In this document: positions 9,111 to 19,257 of the stretch, piece after piece
How positions within the stretch are numbered: position 1 is the stretch's first letter
Layout of the letters: each line of letters starts with the position of its first letter
Notes under the pieces: generated by a model
Told to the model about the DNA's origin: nothing
Databases searched by the model: none
What the model saw: the letters and a program-made list of their open reading frames with translations, nothing else
DNA from: Campylobacterales bacterium
GTDB lineage: Bacteria; Campylobacterota; Campylobacteria; Campylobacterales; Sulfurimonadaceae
Direction of reading: 5' to 3'
DNA length: 64,000 nucleotides
Assembly: GCA_026390165.1 (NCBI GenBank)
Contig: JAPLGM010000025.1
Coordinates: forward strand, 29,768-93,767
Position numbers and translations under genes: made by a program

Positions 9111-10460
9111 ATGAAATTAGTGAAAATGAGTTTAGTAGCTGTAATAGCATTGGGAACAAGTGCATTTGCTGTTGATAATTTAAAAGTAAATGGAGAAGCA
9201 AAAGTATATTACCAAACTACAGATGTTGAGCTCTCAGCTACAGAATTGGCGAAGGGTGCAAAAACAGGTATGTTTGAAAAAGGATCATTTGGTACAAATG
9301 CTTCTTTACCAGGTGCTCCGTATGGTGGTGCTGCTGCGGGTGGTGCTTCATTGGTTGTCGGTGCAACAGCTGATTTGCTAAAAGGTGTAAGTGCGGGTGT
9401 GGAGTTACAATCATTTACGACTCTTGGTCTTGAAAATAATCTTGTAAATGACACAATGGCTCCAGGTGGTGCTACTCGTGCAGACAATTCATCTCTTGCG
9501 AGCCAAGCGTGGATCGCGGCTACTCTTGGGAAAACTACTGCAAAACTTGGTCGTCAAGAGCTTGATACTCCATTAGCATTTACTGAAAAATGGAATATTG
9601 TTAAAAATACATTTGAAGCGGCAGTATTGTTAAATAATGATCTTCCAGACACTACTTTGGTAGCAGCATGGGTTGGCAAGCATAATGGGTTTAATGATAA
9701 TACAAGTGGTCTTGGTGTGAATCTTCTTGCCGGAAGTACAGGACGCACGACCAATATGGAAGATTTTAATACATTTGGTACTTCTGGTGCTTATGCAGTG
9801 GCAGCAGTGAATAAATCAGTTCCAAATACGACATTACAAGCATGGTATTATAATGTTGTGCAAATTGCAGATGCGATTTGGTTGCAAGGTGATACTAAAA
9901 TCGCAGGAATGATTAATCTTGGTGCACAATATGCAATATTGAGTCCTAAAACTGCTGTTGATAAAGTTGCTAGTACTGTTTTAGCGACACCAGTTACAGT
10001 TGATGATTCTAAAATTTGGGCTTTAAAAGCTGGAGTTGATGTATCAGGTGTGAATGTTTATGCTGCATACTCACAAGCAGATAAAGATGGTGGTTTAGGA
10101 TTTGCTAACGTTTCAACGGGTGACAAAACAAAAATCTATACTGGTGATGGTTCAATCTATATGGATGGTGTTGTAACGGCACCGGGTGCAAAAGCGTATA
10201 AAGTGGGTGCATCTACAAAAGTAATGGACATTGCTTTATCTACAAGTTACTGTGCGGCAAGTGATCTTTTTGGAAAAGGTGGAAATGATATCTCTGCATG
10301 GGATGTTTCTGCGAGTGCAAAAGTTGGATTGGTTGGGTTAACAGCTATTTATACCCAAGTAAGTAATGATACAGCTACGCAAGTAGCTACTCTACAGCCA
10401 GCAATGTATGGAGGTCGTAACATTGACTCTCTACGCCTTATCGCTTCTTTGAAATTCTAA
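9111..10460 (+). CDS. Outer-membrane porin (Campylobacterota MOMP/OprD-like)
   Basis: MKLVKMSL signal, KLGRQELDTPL and NTFEAAVL motifs, terminal Phe. Confidence 0.85.
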   Translation: MKLVKMSLVAVIALGTSAFAVDNLKVNGEAKVYYQTTDVELSATELAKGAKTGMFEKGSFGTNASLPGAPYGGAAAGGASLVVGATADLLKGVSAGVELQSFTTLGLENNLVNDTMAPGGATRADNSSLASQAWIAATLGKTTAKLGRQELDTPLAFTEKWNIVKNTFEAAVLLNNDLPDTTLVAAWVGKHNGFNDNTSGLGVNLLAGSTGRTTNMEDFNTFGTSGAYAVAAVNKSVPNTTLQAWYYNVVQIADAIWLQGDTKIAGMINLGAQYAILSPKTAVDKVASTVLATPVTVDDSKIWALKAGVDVSGVNVYAAYSQADKDGGLGFANVSTGDKTKIYTGDGSIYMDGVVTAPGAKAYKVGASTKVMDIALSTSYCAASDLFGKGGNDISAWDVSASAKVGLVGLTAIYTQVSNDTATQVATLQPAMYGGRNIDSLRLIASLKF

Positions 10461-10474
10461 TAAACTCTTCTTTC

Positions 10475-10493
10475 AGGGCCTTTTGGCCCTTTC
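10475..10493 (+). terminator. Intrinsic terminator after the porin gene
   Basis: AGGGCC-TTTT-GGCCCT-TT just after the stop codon. Confidence 0.55.
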
Positions 10494-10510
10494 GATTCTC
10501 CTTATATAAA

Positions 10511-10547
10511 ACTACTGCGCTAGAACTCGTCACTCTAGCGCACCTAC
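10511..10547 (-). repeat. GTAG-type REP-like palindrome
   Basis: Minus strand reads GTAGG-TGCGCTAGA-GTGACGAGT-TCTAGCGCA-GTAGT, a perfect 9-bp stem. Confidence 0.55.
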
Positions 10548-10554
10548 CTTTATT

Positions 10555-12105
10555 TTAAATTCGATTTGCCTGCCGTTTTGGGGTGACACTTTTTTCGTGC
10601 TTCTTTTTATCAGCAGAGGATTGTCGCAAGAAAAATGGGATTGTCTTCTCGGGTCTTTTGGACAAATCTTCCATGAGGGTATTTTGTACCGTGTCCGTAT
10701 CATAGCTTAAAATGAGAAACTCGTAGATAAGGGTGATCTGACGATCCAATGAAATTTTCCATGTGGAGAGGGTTTGGGTATAGATCCATTCACTAAAAGT
10801 ATAGAAGCCATCGAATACTTTTCCTTCTCTCCACAGTAATTTAACCGTATGGTCAAAACTTCCACTGTTATAAAAAATATCCCAAAACCGTGCAAATCGT
10901 TTCATTTTTTGGATTTGAATAAAAGAGAGGTTGTTGTTTTGAAGAATATCGTAGGGTGGGGTGTCGCTGTAGATCATCCCATGCTCTTTGTCATGTCGTG
11001 ACAATGTCGTCCCTGAGAGGTTTTTTAAGATACCAATTTGGATTTCGCTATGAGTCAGCGATACAAGTTGATCAAGATTGGCCCCGAACCCTTCCAGTGT
11101 CTCTGCTGGCAGTCCCACAATGAGGTCGAGATGCATGTGGGCTTTGGTTTGTGTTTCTAAAAATTTTAGATTTTCAAAAATCTTCTCCAATCTCAAGGGA
11201 CGATTAATCCCTTTGGCAATGACGGGATCGAGGGTTTGGATACCGATTTCAAGCTGCAATGCCCCTTGGGGGAAAAGGGCAATTTTGGCTTTGAGCACAT
11301 CGGGAAAATGGTCGGGGATTACTTCGAAATGGGCAAAATAGGGGGGCTCTTTTGAGAGGAAAAAGTCCAAAATACGGTTTGCAAATGTCATGTTGAGATT
11401 AAAGGTTCGGTCGATAAATTTGAAACTTCGTGCCCCACGTTCCCAAAGAATCTCAAACTCTTCCAACAGCTCATCAAGGGGGAAATTTCGTACTTTTTCA
11501 TCCATAGATGAGAGACAAAACTCACACTCAAAAGGGCATCCGCGAGAGGCTTCGACGTAGATCATCCGATGGGCTACATCTTCGTCGCTATAGGCGCGAT
11601 AGGGTGTCGTAATAGCTTTTAAATCAAGTATGGGGGCTTTGATAAACTTCGTTTTCCCTGAGCTTGTCGAAGCGTCGTATGGTTCGACATGCTCACCACG
11701 AACGGGATTAAGAACCTCTTTACACAACTCATAAAATGCCACTTCCCCTTCACCGCTGATAATGTAATCGGCCTTTGAAAAATCAACCCGATGGGGCAGA
11801 TACCCAGCTTCGGGTCCTCCAAGGACAATAACGGTGTCGGGGGATACTTTTTTGAGTATTTCGATGAGATCGGATACTTCACGTGCGTTCCAAATATAGA
11901 CGCTGATCCCGATGATTTTAGGGATATGTTTGAGAATATCCTCCGCGATGGTTTGGATCTGCTCATTGATGGTAAATTCGACAATGATTGCTTGCTCTTG
12001 TAGCTCATGCAAGTTGGCATAGAGATAGCGTAACCCTAATGCGCTATGGGCATAGCGAGCGTTGAGGGTCGTTAATAAAATTGTGCTTCTTGAGAATAGT
12101 GCCAT
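10555..12105 (-). CDS. B12-binding radical SAM protein (DUF4080 C-terminus)
   Basis: N-terminal B12-binding-like domain and EASRGCPFECEFC (CxxxCxxC). Confidence 0.9.
   Translation of the reverse strand: MALFSRSTILLTTLNARYAHSALGLRYLYANLHELQEQAIIVEFTINEQIQTIAEDILKHIPKIIGISVYIWNAREVSDLIEILKKVSPDTVIVLGGPEAGYLPHRVDFSKADYIISGEGEVAFYELCKEVLNPVRGEHVEPYDASTSSGKTKFIKAPILDLKAITTPYRAYSDEDVAHRMIYVEASRGCPFECEFCLSSMDEKVRNFPLDELLEEFEILWERGARSFKFIDRTFNLNMTFANRILDFFLSKEPPYFAHFEVIPDHFPDVLKAKIALFPQGALQLEIGIQTLDPVIAKGINRPLRLEKIFENLKFLETQTKAHMHLDLIVGLPAETLEGFGANLDQLVSLTHSEIQIGILKNLSGTTLSRHDKEHGMIYSDTPPYDILQNNNLSFIQIQKMKRFARFWDIFYNSGSFDHTVKLLWREGKVFDGFYTFSEWIYTQTLSTWKISLDRQITLIYEFLILSYDTDTVQNTLMEDLSKRPEKTIPFFLRQSSADKKKHEKSVTPKRQANRI
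11656..11706. repeat. Palindromic element inserted in frame in the radical SAM gene
   Basis: TGAGCTTGTCGAA-N11-TTCGACATGCTCA (13-bp stem, one mismatch) plus CCACGAACGGG. Encodes PVRGEHVEPYDASTSSG. Confidence 0.7.
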
Positions 12106-12180
12106 GATCCACCGATATGTTTTTACGCCAATATAGCATAATTTGGATCGTTATTGGCAAATAACTCTTTTCACGAACTT

Positions 12181-15135
12181 TTATTCATGATGTAAAGTGA
12201 CAGCATCGCGCAAATAGAGTTCAAACTCTATAGCGGGAAGTGGTCGGCTAAAATAATATCCTTGTATTTCATTACACCCACTTTCACGGAGAATAGCAAG
12301 TTGTTCTGCCGTTTCGACCCCCTCCGCTATGGTTATTAGATTGAGGTTATGCGCCATATTAATGATAGTATTGACAATGACTCTGTCTTCAGGATTTTCA
12401 GTAATATCGTGAATGAACGATTGATCGATTTTGAGTTTATAAACTCGAAATTTTTTGAGGTAGTTGAGTGATGAGTATCCTGTTCCGAAATCATCAATTG
12501 ACATTCGTATTCCATGACTATGAAGTTCGTTCATAATATCGATAGCATGAAGAGGATTCTCCATGGTAATCCCTTCGGTTAGCTCAAGCTCGAGATACTC
12601 TGGCGGGAGTTGCAACTCTTCAAGGACGCTCAATACCAATGAGACCAATTTAGGGTGACGAAATTGGATGGCGGAGAGATTAACGGCCATGATAAATGGT
12701 TCCATCCCCTCAGCGATCCATAATTTAAGTTGTCCGAGTGCACGTCGAAGTACCCATTCTCCTATCGTGATGATTTGTCCACTCTCTTCGGCAATGGGGA
12801 TGAATTCTGCGGGAGAGATCATTCCCATAGTTGGATGATTCCAACGTAGAAGGGCTTCTGCTCCGATAATCTTTCCTGACTCCATGGAAATTTGCGGTTG
12901 ATAGTACACTTCGAGTTCATTGCGTTTAAGTGCATATCTAAGGGCATTCTCCAGTTCAAGATTTCGGGCAGAACGTGCTTGAATTTCGGGAGTAAAAAAG
13001 CGGTAGCAGTTTCTTCCATCATGTTTTGCACGGTACATTGCCCCATCGGCGCATTGAGAGAGCGTTGTAAGATTACTTCCATCCATCGGATAGAGGGCTA
13101 TTCCGATGGATGGGGTTACGGTAAGCTCATGGTGTTGGATCGTATAGGGTTGGGAGATAACATCAATGATTTTTTCAGCAGTATGTGCCGCACCATTGGC
13201 ATCTACCCCCGTAAGGAGAAGCATAAATTCATCCCCCCCCTGTCGAGAGAGGGTATCTGACTCTCGGATCACAGATTGAATACGTTGCGCGACGTGTATA
13301 AGTAGCTCATCACCGATAATGTGCCCAAGGGTATCATTGATATTTTTAAAATGATCCAAATCCAAATAAAGTAGTGCTAACGGAGCTTTGGTACGATAGG
13401 CGATCTTGATGGCGTAATCGACGTGATCGTGCAGTAAAGTACGGTTTGGCAATCCGGTAAGTGGGTCATAATGGGCGAGCCAATGCACTTTTTCTTCCGT
13501 TAGTTTTTGCGCCGTAATATCTTGGATGGATCCTTTTATAAGGGTTGTTTCACCCTTCTCAAGGATAGGTGATCCGGTCAATCGAACCCATTTCTGATTC
13601 CCTTTTTGGGTCGTCATTTGGAGTTCTAAAATACACCCTTTTTTTTTCGTTATTGCTTCATCCAGTGCCGTTTGTATTTTTTTAAGCCATTCTCCATCAT
13701 AAACACTGAGACCTGTTTCCAATGTTACTCTTTCGGTAGGATCCATATCATAAATAAGAGAGGCTTCTTTCGTCCAAATACCGATTCCACTGTTTATATT
13801 GATTTCCCACCCTCCGATATGGGCTGCTGCACTCATCTCTTCGAGGAGTTTTTCTGTTCGGATTAAATGGACTTCTGCGTTATGACGTTGTGTAATATCG
13901 TGCGCTACCCCTAAGATACCGATTAGGAGATGCTCATCATTGTACATTGGAATCTTGGTTGTTTCGAGTAAGGCACGATGCCCATCGTCGGCAAAGGTTA
14001 TCCACTCTTCATTGATGGTGGGACTATTGGCTTCCATGGCGATACGGTCATTTTTGCGGAAAAAATCGGCGAGTTCTTTATTTACGAAATCGTAATCGGT
14101 TTTGCCGACAATCTCCTCCTCTTTGGCGCCGAAAAAACGTTCAAACATCGGATTACAGAGTAAATAAACCCCATCTTTGTCCTTTAGCCATATCAGATCA
14201 GGGATAATATTGAGGAGTGTGTGGAGCTGATTTTTGGTCTCCGTAATCTCAATGGTGCGTTGTTTTACTAACTTTTCGAGGGAATGACGATAACTTTTGA
14301 GTTCGACGTATTGTTTGGCAACGTATCCCAAAAGAGCACTCACTAAAAGTGCTATGAGCATCTTGATTGCCAAAAGCCACGTACTATGCCTCCCCTCTAT
14401 TGGGGCTATGCGAAGCGTCCATGTTGTGTTGGGAAGGTCAATAGTTTGTTGTGCAGGGTGATAGAGCTTCTCTCTCCCCGATGAAGCGATAATCTGTTCT
14501 TTTTTGGTAAGTGGATGGATACGGGTTAATGTGTATTGATACCCCTCTTTTTTGAGGTTACCAAGAGTGGTTGTACTAAGAATATCGGGAAAACGGATCA
14601 CAATGAGGACAAACCCCCAAAACTTTTTTTCTTTGGTGAAAACGGGCAATCGACCAACGATCCCTTCTCCCCCTTGGACAAGGTTCAATGGTCCAGCCAG
14701 TGTCAGTTTCCCTGTTTCACGCGCTAAGAGAGCTTCATTTTTTTGTTCCGGATCGGTAAAAAGATTAAACCCAAGAGCTTTCTCATTGCCAGAGAGGGGA
14801 ACTACCTGTTTAATAATGCCGTTAGGGACGAGGGCAATCTCAGAGATATTGGGATAAAAGGTAATAAGTTTTTTCCCTATTGATTCAAAATCATGGACTG
14901 TTCCAACCTCTGCAATCATTGCCGCTAAAGGATAGGTCAGAGCTAGTTTATGATCGATATTTTTTTGCAGAAGGTTCCCATTTTCTTGAGCAATATCGTT
15001 GATTTTATCATGCACTTCATGCAGATGCATCTTTTCAAAATGCCAAATAACATTTATTGTTAGGAAGATCGAAATAAGAAAGGTAAATATTCCTACTACC
15101 CACTTTTTTTCTACAGAAAAGATAACCATACACAT
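12181..15135 (-). CDS. CHASE-PAS-PAS-GGDEF-EAL diguanylate cyclase/phosphodiesterase
   Basis: Two TMs around a CHASE-like domain, two PAS domains, intact GGDEF, and EAL/DDFGTGYSS motifs. Confidence 0.92.
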   Translation of the reverse strand: MCMVIFSVEKKWVVGIFTFLISIFLTINVIWHFEKMHLHEVHDKINDIAQENGNLLQKNIDHKLALTYPLAAMIAEVGTVHDFESIGKKLITFYPNISEIALVPNGIIKQVVPLSGNEKALGFNLFTDPEQKNEALLARETGKLTLAGPLNLVQGGEGIVGRLPVFTKEKKFWGFVLIVIRFPDILSTTTLGNLKKEGYQYTLTRIHPLTKKEQIIASSGREKLYHPAQQTIDLPNTTWTLRIAPIEGRHSTWLLAIKMLIALLVSALLGYVAKQYVELKSYRHSLEKLVKQRTIEITETKNQLHTLLNIIPDLIWLKDKDGVYLLCNPMFERFFGAKEEEIVGKTDYDFVNKELADFFRKNDRIAMEANSPTINEEWITFADDGHRALLETTKIPMYNDEHLLIGILGVAHDITQRHNAEVHLIRTEKLLEEMSAAAHIGGWEININSGIGIWTKEASLIYDMDPTERVTLETGLSVYDGEWLKKIQTALDEAITKKKGCILELQMTTQKGNQKWVRLTGSPILEKGETTLIKGSIQDITAQKLTEEKVHWLAHYDPLTGLPNRTLLHDHVDYAIKIAYRTKAPLALLYLDLDHFKNINDTLGHIIGDELLIHVAQRIQSVIRESDTLSRQGGDEFMLLLTGVDANGAAHTAEKIIDVISQPYTIQHHELTVTPSIGIALYPMDGSNLTTLSQCADGAMYRAKHDGRNCYRFFTPEIQARSARNLELENALRYALKRNELEVYYQPQISMESGKIIGAEALLRWNHPTMGMISPAEFIPIAEESGQIITIGEWVLRRALGQLKLWIAEGMEPFIMAVNLSAIQFRHPKLVSLVLSVLEELQLPPEYLELELTEGITMENPLHAIDIMNELHSHGIRMSIDDFGTGYSSLNYLKKFRVYKLKIDQSFIHDITENPEDRVIVNTIINMAHNLNLITIAEGVETAEQLAILRESGCNEIQGYYFSRPLPAIEFELYLRDAVTLHHE

Positions 15136-15226
15136 AACCTTTTAGAAATTATTGTTTTATTATAACACACCTCGCTATGCTATACTTTTGGGAGTATCAC
15201 TATGTTTTAAACAAAAGGGGAGAAAT

Positions 15227-17632
15227 ATGCGTTATATTCGACAATTAGATTCACTTAGGTTAAATGACATTGCTTTGGTTGGGGGTAAAAATGCTTCCTT
15301 GGGGGAGATGATTGGGTCTCTCAAATCCCTTGGGGTAAACGTTCCGCAAGGGTTTGCGGTAACGGCAGATGGGTATCGTCTCTTTATCGAGTATAACGGT
15401 TTCGAGCCCAAAATTCGTCACTTCTTTGCCGATGTTGATTTGAGTAATATCGAAGCCCTCAATGCGTGTGGGGAAGCAATCCGCTCTCTTATGCTCACGG
15501 GGGAGATGCCTGAGGCGTTAAAAATCGAAATAGCTGAGAGTTATGCTCTTATGGAAAAAGAGTATAAAATGAGATCGGTTGATGTGGCGGTACGCTCCTC
15601 TGCGACGGCGGAAGATCTTCCCGATGCAAGTTTTGCAGGACAGCAGGAGAGCTATCTTAATATCCGTGGGAAGGTGATGCTACTAGAGCATGTTAAGCGG
15701 TGTTTTGCCTCTCTCTTTACGGATCGTGCAATCAGCTATCGTCACAGTCGAGGATATGATCATTTTGCCGTTGCCCTCTCGGTGGGGGTGCAAAAAATGG
15801 TACGCAGTGATCTGGCAAGCAGTGGGGTGATGTTTACGATTGATACGGAAAATGGTTCGGAAAATCTGATCCTTATTAACTCAATATGGGGGCTGGGGGA
15901 GAATATCGTCGGCGGACGGGTCAATCCCGATGAATTTTACGTTTTTAAACCAACGCTCAAAGAGGGTAAAATCTCCATCCTCAAACGGCAACTAGGTTCC
16001 AAAGCCCTCACAATGGGTTACGATGAACGTCACCATACGATCAATCTCTCAACAACCAAAGAAGCTCAGGAGAGTTTTTCACTTAACGATGAGGAGGTGG
16101 CGACGTTGGCACGTTATGCACTCACCATCGAAGAGCATTACACCGCACTTGCTGGGGAATACCGTCCGATGGATATAGAGTGGGCAAAAGATGGACAAAG
16201 TGGAGAACTCTTTATTGTCCAAGCCCGCCCTGAAACAGTGCAAAGTCGTAAAATGGCAGATAACGCTTTGGAGCAATATCATCTCAAAGAGGGCGTTGAA
16301 GCCAAAATACTCCTGAGCGGTAAGGCGATAGGGGAGAAAATAGGTTCCGGTCGGGTCAAAATCATCCATTCCCCCCATGAGGGGGAGAAATTTGTAGCGG
16401 GGGATATTCTGGTTGCTGATATTACCGATCCTGACTGGGAACCGATTATGAAAAAAGCGTCGGCTGTCATTACCAACCGTGGAGGGAGAACCTGTCATGC
16501 GGCGATTGTGGCGCGTGAGATCGGCGTTCCTGCCATTGTCGGGACGGTGAATGCGACGGAGATTCTTCACGATGGGGATGAGGTGACGGTGAGTTGTGCC
16601 GAAGGGGAGAGTGGTCAAATTTATGAGGGGTTGCTAGCGTATGAAATCAGCCGTGTTGATTTAGGTAATCTTACCCCAACACGTACAAAGCTTTATATGA
16701 ACGTCGGTAACCCCGATATTGCCTTTAAAGTAGCGAAACTTCCCAATGACGGTGTCGGATTGGCTCGGATGGAGTTTATTATCTCTAATTATGTCAAAGC
16801 ACATCCGATGGCACTGGTGGAACTCTCTCATGGCAAAGAGATCGACGAGTATAAAGCAGTACGGGAAGCGATGAAAGGGTACAATGATCCGAAACAATTT
16901 TTTATCGACAAAATTGCAGAAGGGGTAGGGATGATTGCTGCCGCCTTTTATCCCAAAAGCGTTATTGTCCGCACCAGTGATTTTAAAACCAATGAGTATA
17001 AATACATGGTCGGTGGAAATGCGTATGAGAGCGATGAAGAGAATCCGATGATTGGATTTAGGGGTGCAAGCCGCTATTATTCGCCGCAGTATAAAGAGGC
17101 TTACGAGTGGGAGTGTGAAGCACTGAAGCGGGTACGGGATGAGATGGGACTTAGTAATGTCAAAGTGATGCTCCCCTTCGTCCGTACACCCGAGGAGGGG
17201 CGTAAGGCGATAGCCGTGATGAATGAAGCAGGCTTAGTACAGGGGAACAACGATTTAGAAATTTACGCGATGTGCGAAATCCCCTCAAATGTGATCCTTG
17301 CCGATCAATTTTTGGAGATATTCGACGGGTATAGTATCGGTTCCAATGATTTGACACAGCTTACGTTGGGCGTTGATCGTGATAGTACCCTTGTAGCCTC
17401 AGTATTTGATGAACGTAATGAGGCGGTGACTCGGATGCTCTCACAGGCGATACGGGCGTGCAAAGAGCGGGGGAAATATATCGGTATCTGCGGTCAAGCA
17501 CCCTCCGATTATCCTGAAATTACCCGATTTTTGGTGGAAGAGGGGATTGATTCGATCTCTCTCAACCCTGATTCGTTACTCAAAATGCGGCACGTCGTTA
17601 GTGAAATTGAAAAAAAACAAGGAAAAGTATGA
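15227..17632 (+). CDS. ppsA: Phosphoenolpyruvate synthase
   Basis: [31 protein letters not shown] (phospho-His) and SIGSNDLTQ. Start placed at ATG 15227 after RBS GGGGAG. Confidence 0.96.
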   Translation: MRYIRQLDSLRLNDIALVGGKNASLGEMIGSLKSLGVNVPQGFAVTADGYRLFIEYNGFEPKIRHFFADVDLSNIEALNACGEAIRSLMLTGEMPEALKIEIAESYALMEKEYKMRSVDVAVRSSATAEDLPDASFAGQQESYLNIRGKVMLLEHVKRCFASLFTDRAISYRHSRGYDHFAVALSVGVQKMVRSDLASSGVMFTIDTENGSENLILINSIWGLGENIVGGRVNPDEFYVFKPTLKEGKISILKRQLGSKALTMGYDERHHTINLSTTKEAQESFSLNDEEVATLARYALTIEEHYTALAGEYRPMDIEWAKDGQSGELFIVQARPETVQSRKMADNALEQYHLKEGVEAKILLSGKAIGEKIGSGRVKIIHSPHEGEKFVAGDILVADITDPDWEPIMKKASAVITNRGGRTCHAAIVAREIGVPAIVGTVNATEILHDGDEVTVSCAEGESGQIYEGLLAYEISRVDLGNLTPTRTKLYMNVGNPDIAFKVAKLPNDGVGLARMEFIISNYVKAHPMALVELSHGKEIDEYKAVREAMKGYNDPKQFFIDKIAEGVGMIAAAFYPKSVIVRTSDFKTNEYKYMVGGNAYESDEENPMIGFRGASRYYSPQYKEAYEWECEALKRVRDEMGLSNVKVMLPFVRTPEEGRKAIAVMNEAGLVQGNNDLEIYAMCEIPSNVILADQFLEIFDGYSIGSNDLTQLTLGVDRDSTLVASVFDERNEAVTRMLSQAIRACKERGKYIGICGQAPSDYPEITRFLVEEGIDSISLNPDSLLKMRHVVSEIEKKQGKV

Positions 17633-19242
17633 ATCTTTTATCAAAAAATAGCCCTCTTGAAGAGTCGATTGGAAAAATGGAGGCCGTATTAGCCGATGTG
17701 GGATGTGTTGTCACCTTTTCGCAAGAGAAACATCCGCTGAGTCATTGCTATTCGGTGAATCTTTCGTCGGTCGAGGCCCCCCGTCATATTTATTCTAACG
17801 GCAAAGGGATTGTTTCCGATGCGTCAAAAGCAAGTGCGTTAGGGGAGTATATCGAACGGCTTCAGACGAACAATTTTTTTAGCGATTTTTATCTGCCCCA
17901 ACGACAATATTACCCCGATGAGGTGGTGTTTGAATTTGGAGGGGAGTATTTGAATGAGGAGCTTCGTGCGATTTATAACCCTAATAATGAGCTAAGTGAT
18001 GAAGATTTCGTCGATTATAACAGTGATTATGTGGACAAAATCGTCGCACTGCCGTTTATTAAACAAAGTTCGGGGGAGAGGGTCACACTCCCGCTTAATA
18101 TCTTGAATAATCTCTATGTCAGTAACGGGCTTGCGACGGGAAATACACCATTAGAAGCACAAGTACAAGCCCTCAGTGAGATTTTCGAGCGGTATGCGAA
18201 GCTAGAGATACTAAAAAACGGTTATGCGCTCCCCAAATATCCGAATGAGATTTTAGAAAAATTTGAACGCTTAAATGCAGATGTTGCAGCACTACGAGCA
18301 TTGGGGTATATTGTGGAGGTACTCGATGCGTCATTGGGGGGACAATTTCCTGTGACCGCTATCTCACTTATCAATCCTCTTAACTCAACCCTCTTTGTCT
18401 CTTTCGGAGCCCATCCGATTTTGGAAGTATCACTGGAGCGAACGATGACTGAGCTGATGCAAGGGCGCGGATTGGAAAATATGGATGCGTTTGAGTGTCC
18501 AACCTTTGATATGTCTCTCGTTTCCGACAGTTTTAACCTCGAATCTCATTTTATTGATAGTAATGGGAAAATTGGGTTTGGATTTTTGAGTTCCAAAAAA
18601 AGTTTTGAGTACACACCGTGGAGTTATGAGGGGGAGGGGAGCGCAGCAGAGTTTGAGTTTTTAAATACTATTGTTACAACTATGAACAAAGAGATCTATT
18701 TGCGGGAATACACCTATTTGGGTTTCTACTCATGTCAGATGATCGTTCCCACTGTTTCGGAAGTGTACCCGATAGAGGATATGAGCTTTAACAACAAAAA
18801 CAACGGTAAATGGATTCGTGAGATGATTTTACACTTCGATAAGTTCGATGGAGAAGAGATCCTCGATGAGGTAGAATCGCTCGAAGAGACGCTCAATGTT
18901 GAAAAATACATCGGAGTTATTTTTAAAACGAACTTTACGATGCAAGAGTTCAAAGCGCAAATCCATCTCCTCTTAGATAACACGGATGAAGCCCTTAGCT
19001 TACTCGAATTTGGCACTTCAAAAATGGGACATATTGTCGCGGAACTGATCCGAATGGGCGCAGCTGAATATGTCTGGGAAGAGTATGAAGAAGCGTTGTT
19101 TAGTATTTACGGACAAGAAAGGGTTGAGAAAGCGTTACGTATTTTGGAGGGGGAAGAGTTTTTGATCGATGTAACGTTTCATCAAGATTACCTTAATATG
19201 TTACAAATGTATGATCGTTTGGGAGTGAAGAAAGGGAATTGA
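17629..19242 (+). CDS. ycaO: YcaO-like family protein
   Basis: [14 protein letters not shown] and SNGLATGN...LSEIFER ATP-binding motifs. Overlaps the ppsA stop by 4 nt. Confidence 0.85.
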   Translation: MNLLSKNSPLEESIGKMEAVLADVGCVVTFSQEKHPLSHCYSVNLSSVEAPRHIYSNGKGIVSDASKASALGEYIERLQTNNFFSDFYLPQRQYYPDEVVFEFGGEYLNEELRAIYNPNNELSDEDFVDYNSDYVDKIVALPFIKQSSGERVTLPLNILNNLYVSNGLATGNTPLEAQVQALSEIFERYAKLEILKNGYALPKYPNEILEKFERLNADVAALRALGYIVEVLDASLGGQFPVTAISLINPLNSTLFVSFGAHPILEVSLERTMTELMQGRGLENMDAFECPTFDMSLVSDSFNLESHFIDSNGKIGFGFLSSKKSFEYTPWSYEGEGSAAEFEFLNTIVTTMNKEIYLREYTYLGFYSCQMIVPTVSEVYPIEDMSFNNKNNGKWIREMILHFDKFDGEEILDEVESLEETLNVEKYIGVIFKTNFTMQEFKAQIHLLLDNTDEALSLLEFGTSKMGHIVAELIRMGAAEYVWEEYEEALFSIYGQERVEKALRILEGEEFLIDVTFHQDYLNMLQMYDRLGVKKGN

Positions 19243-19257
19243 ATTCCCTTTTAGACG

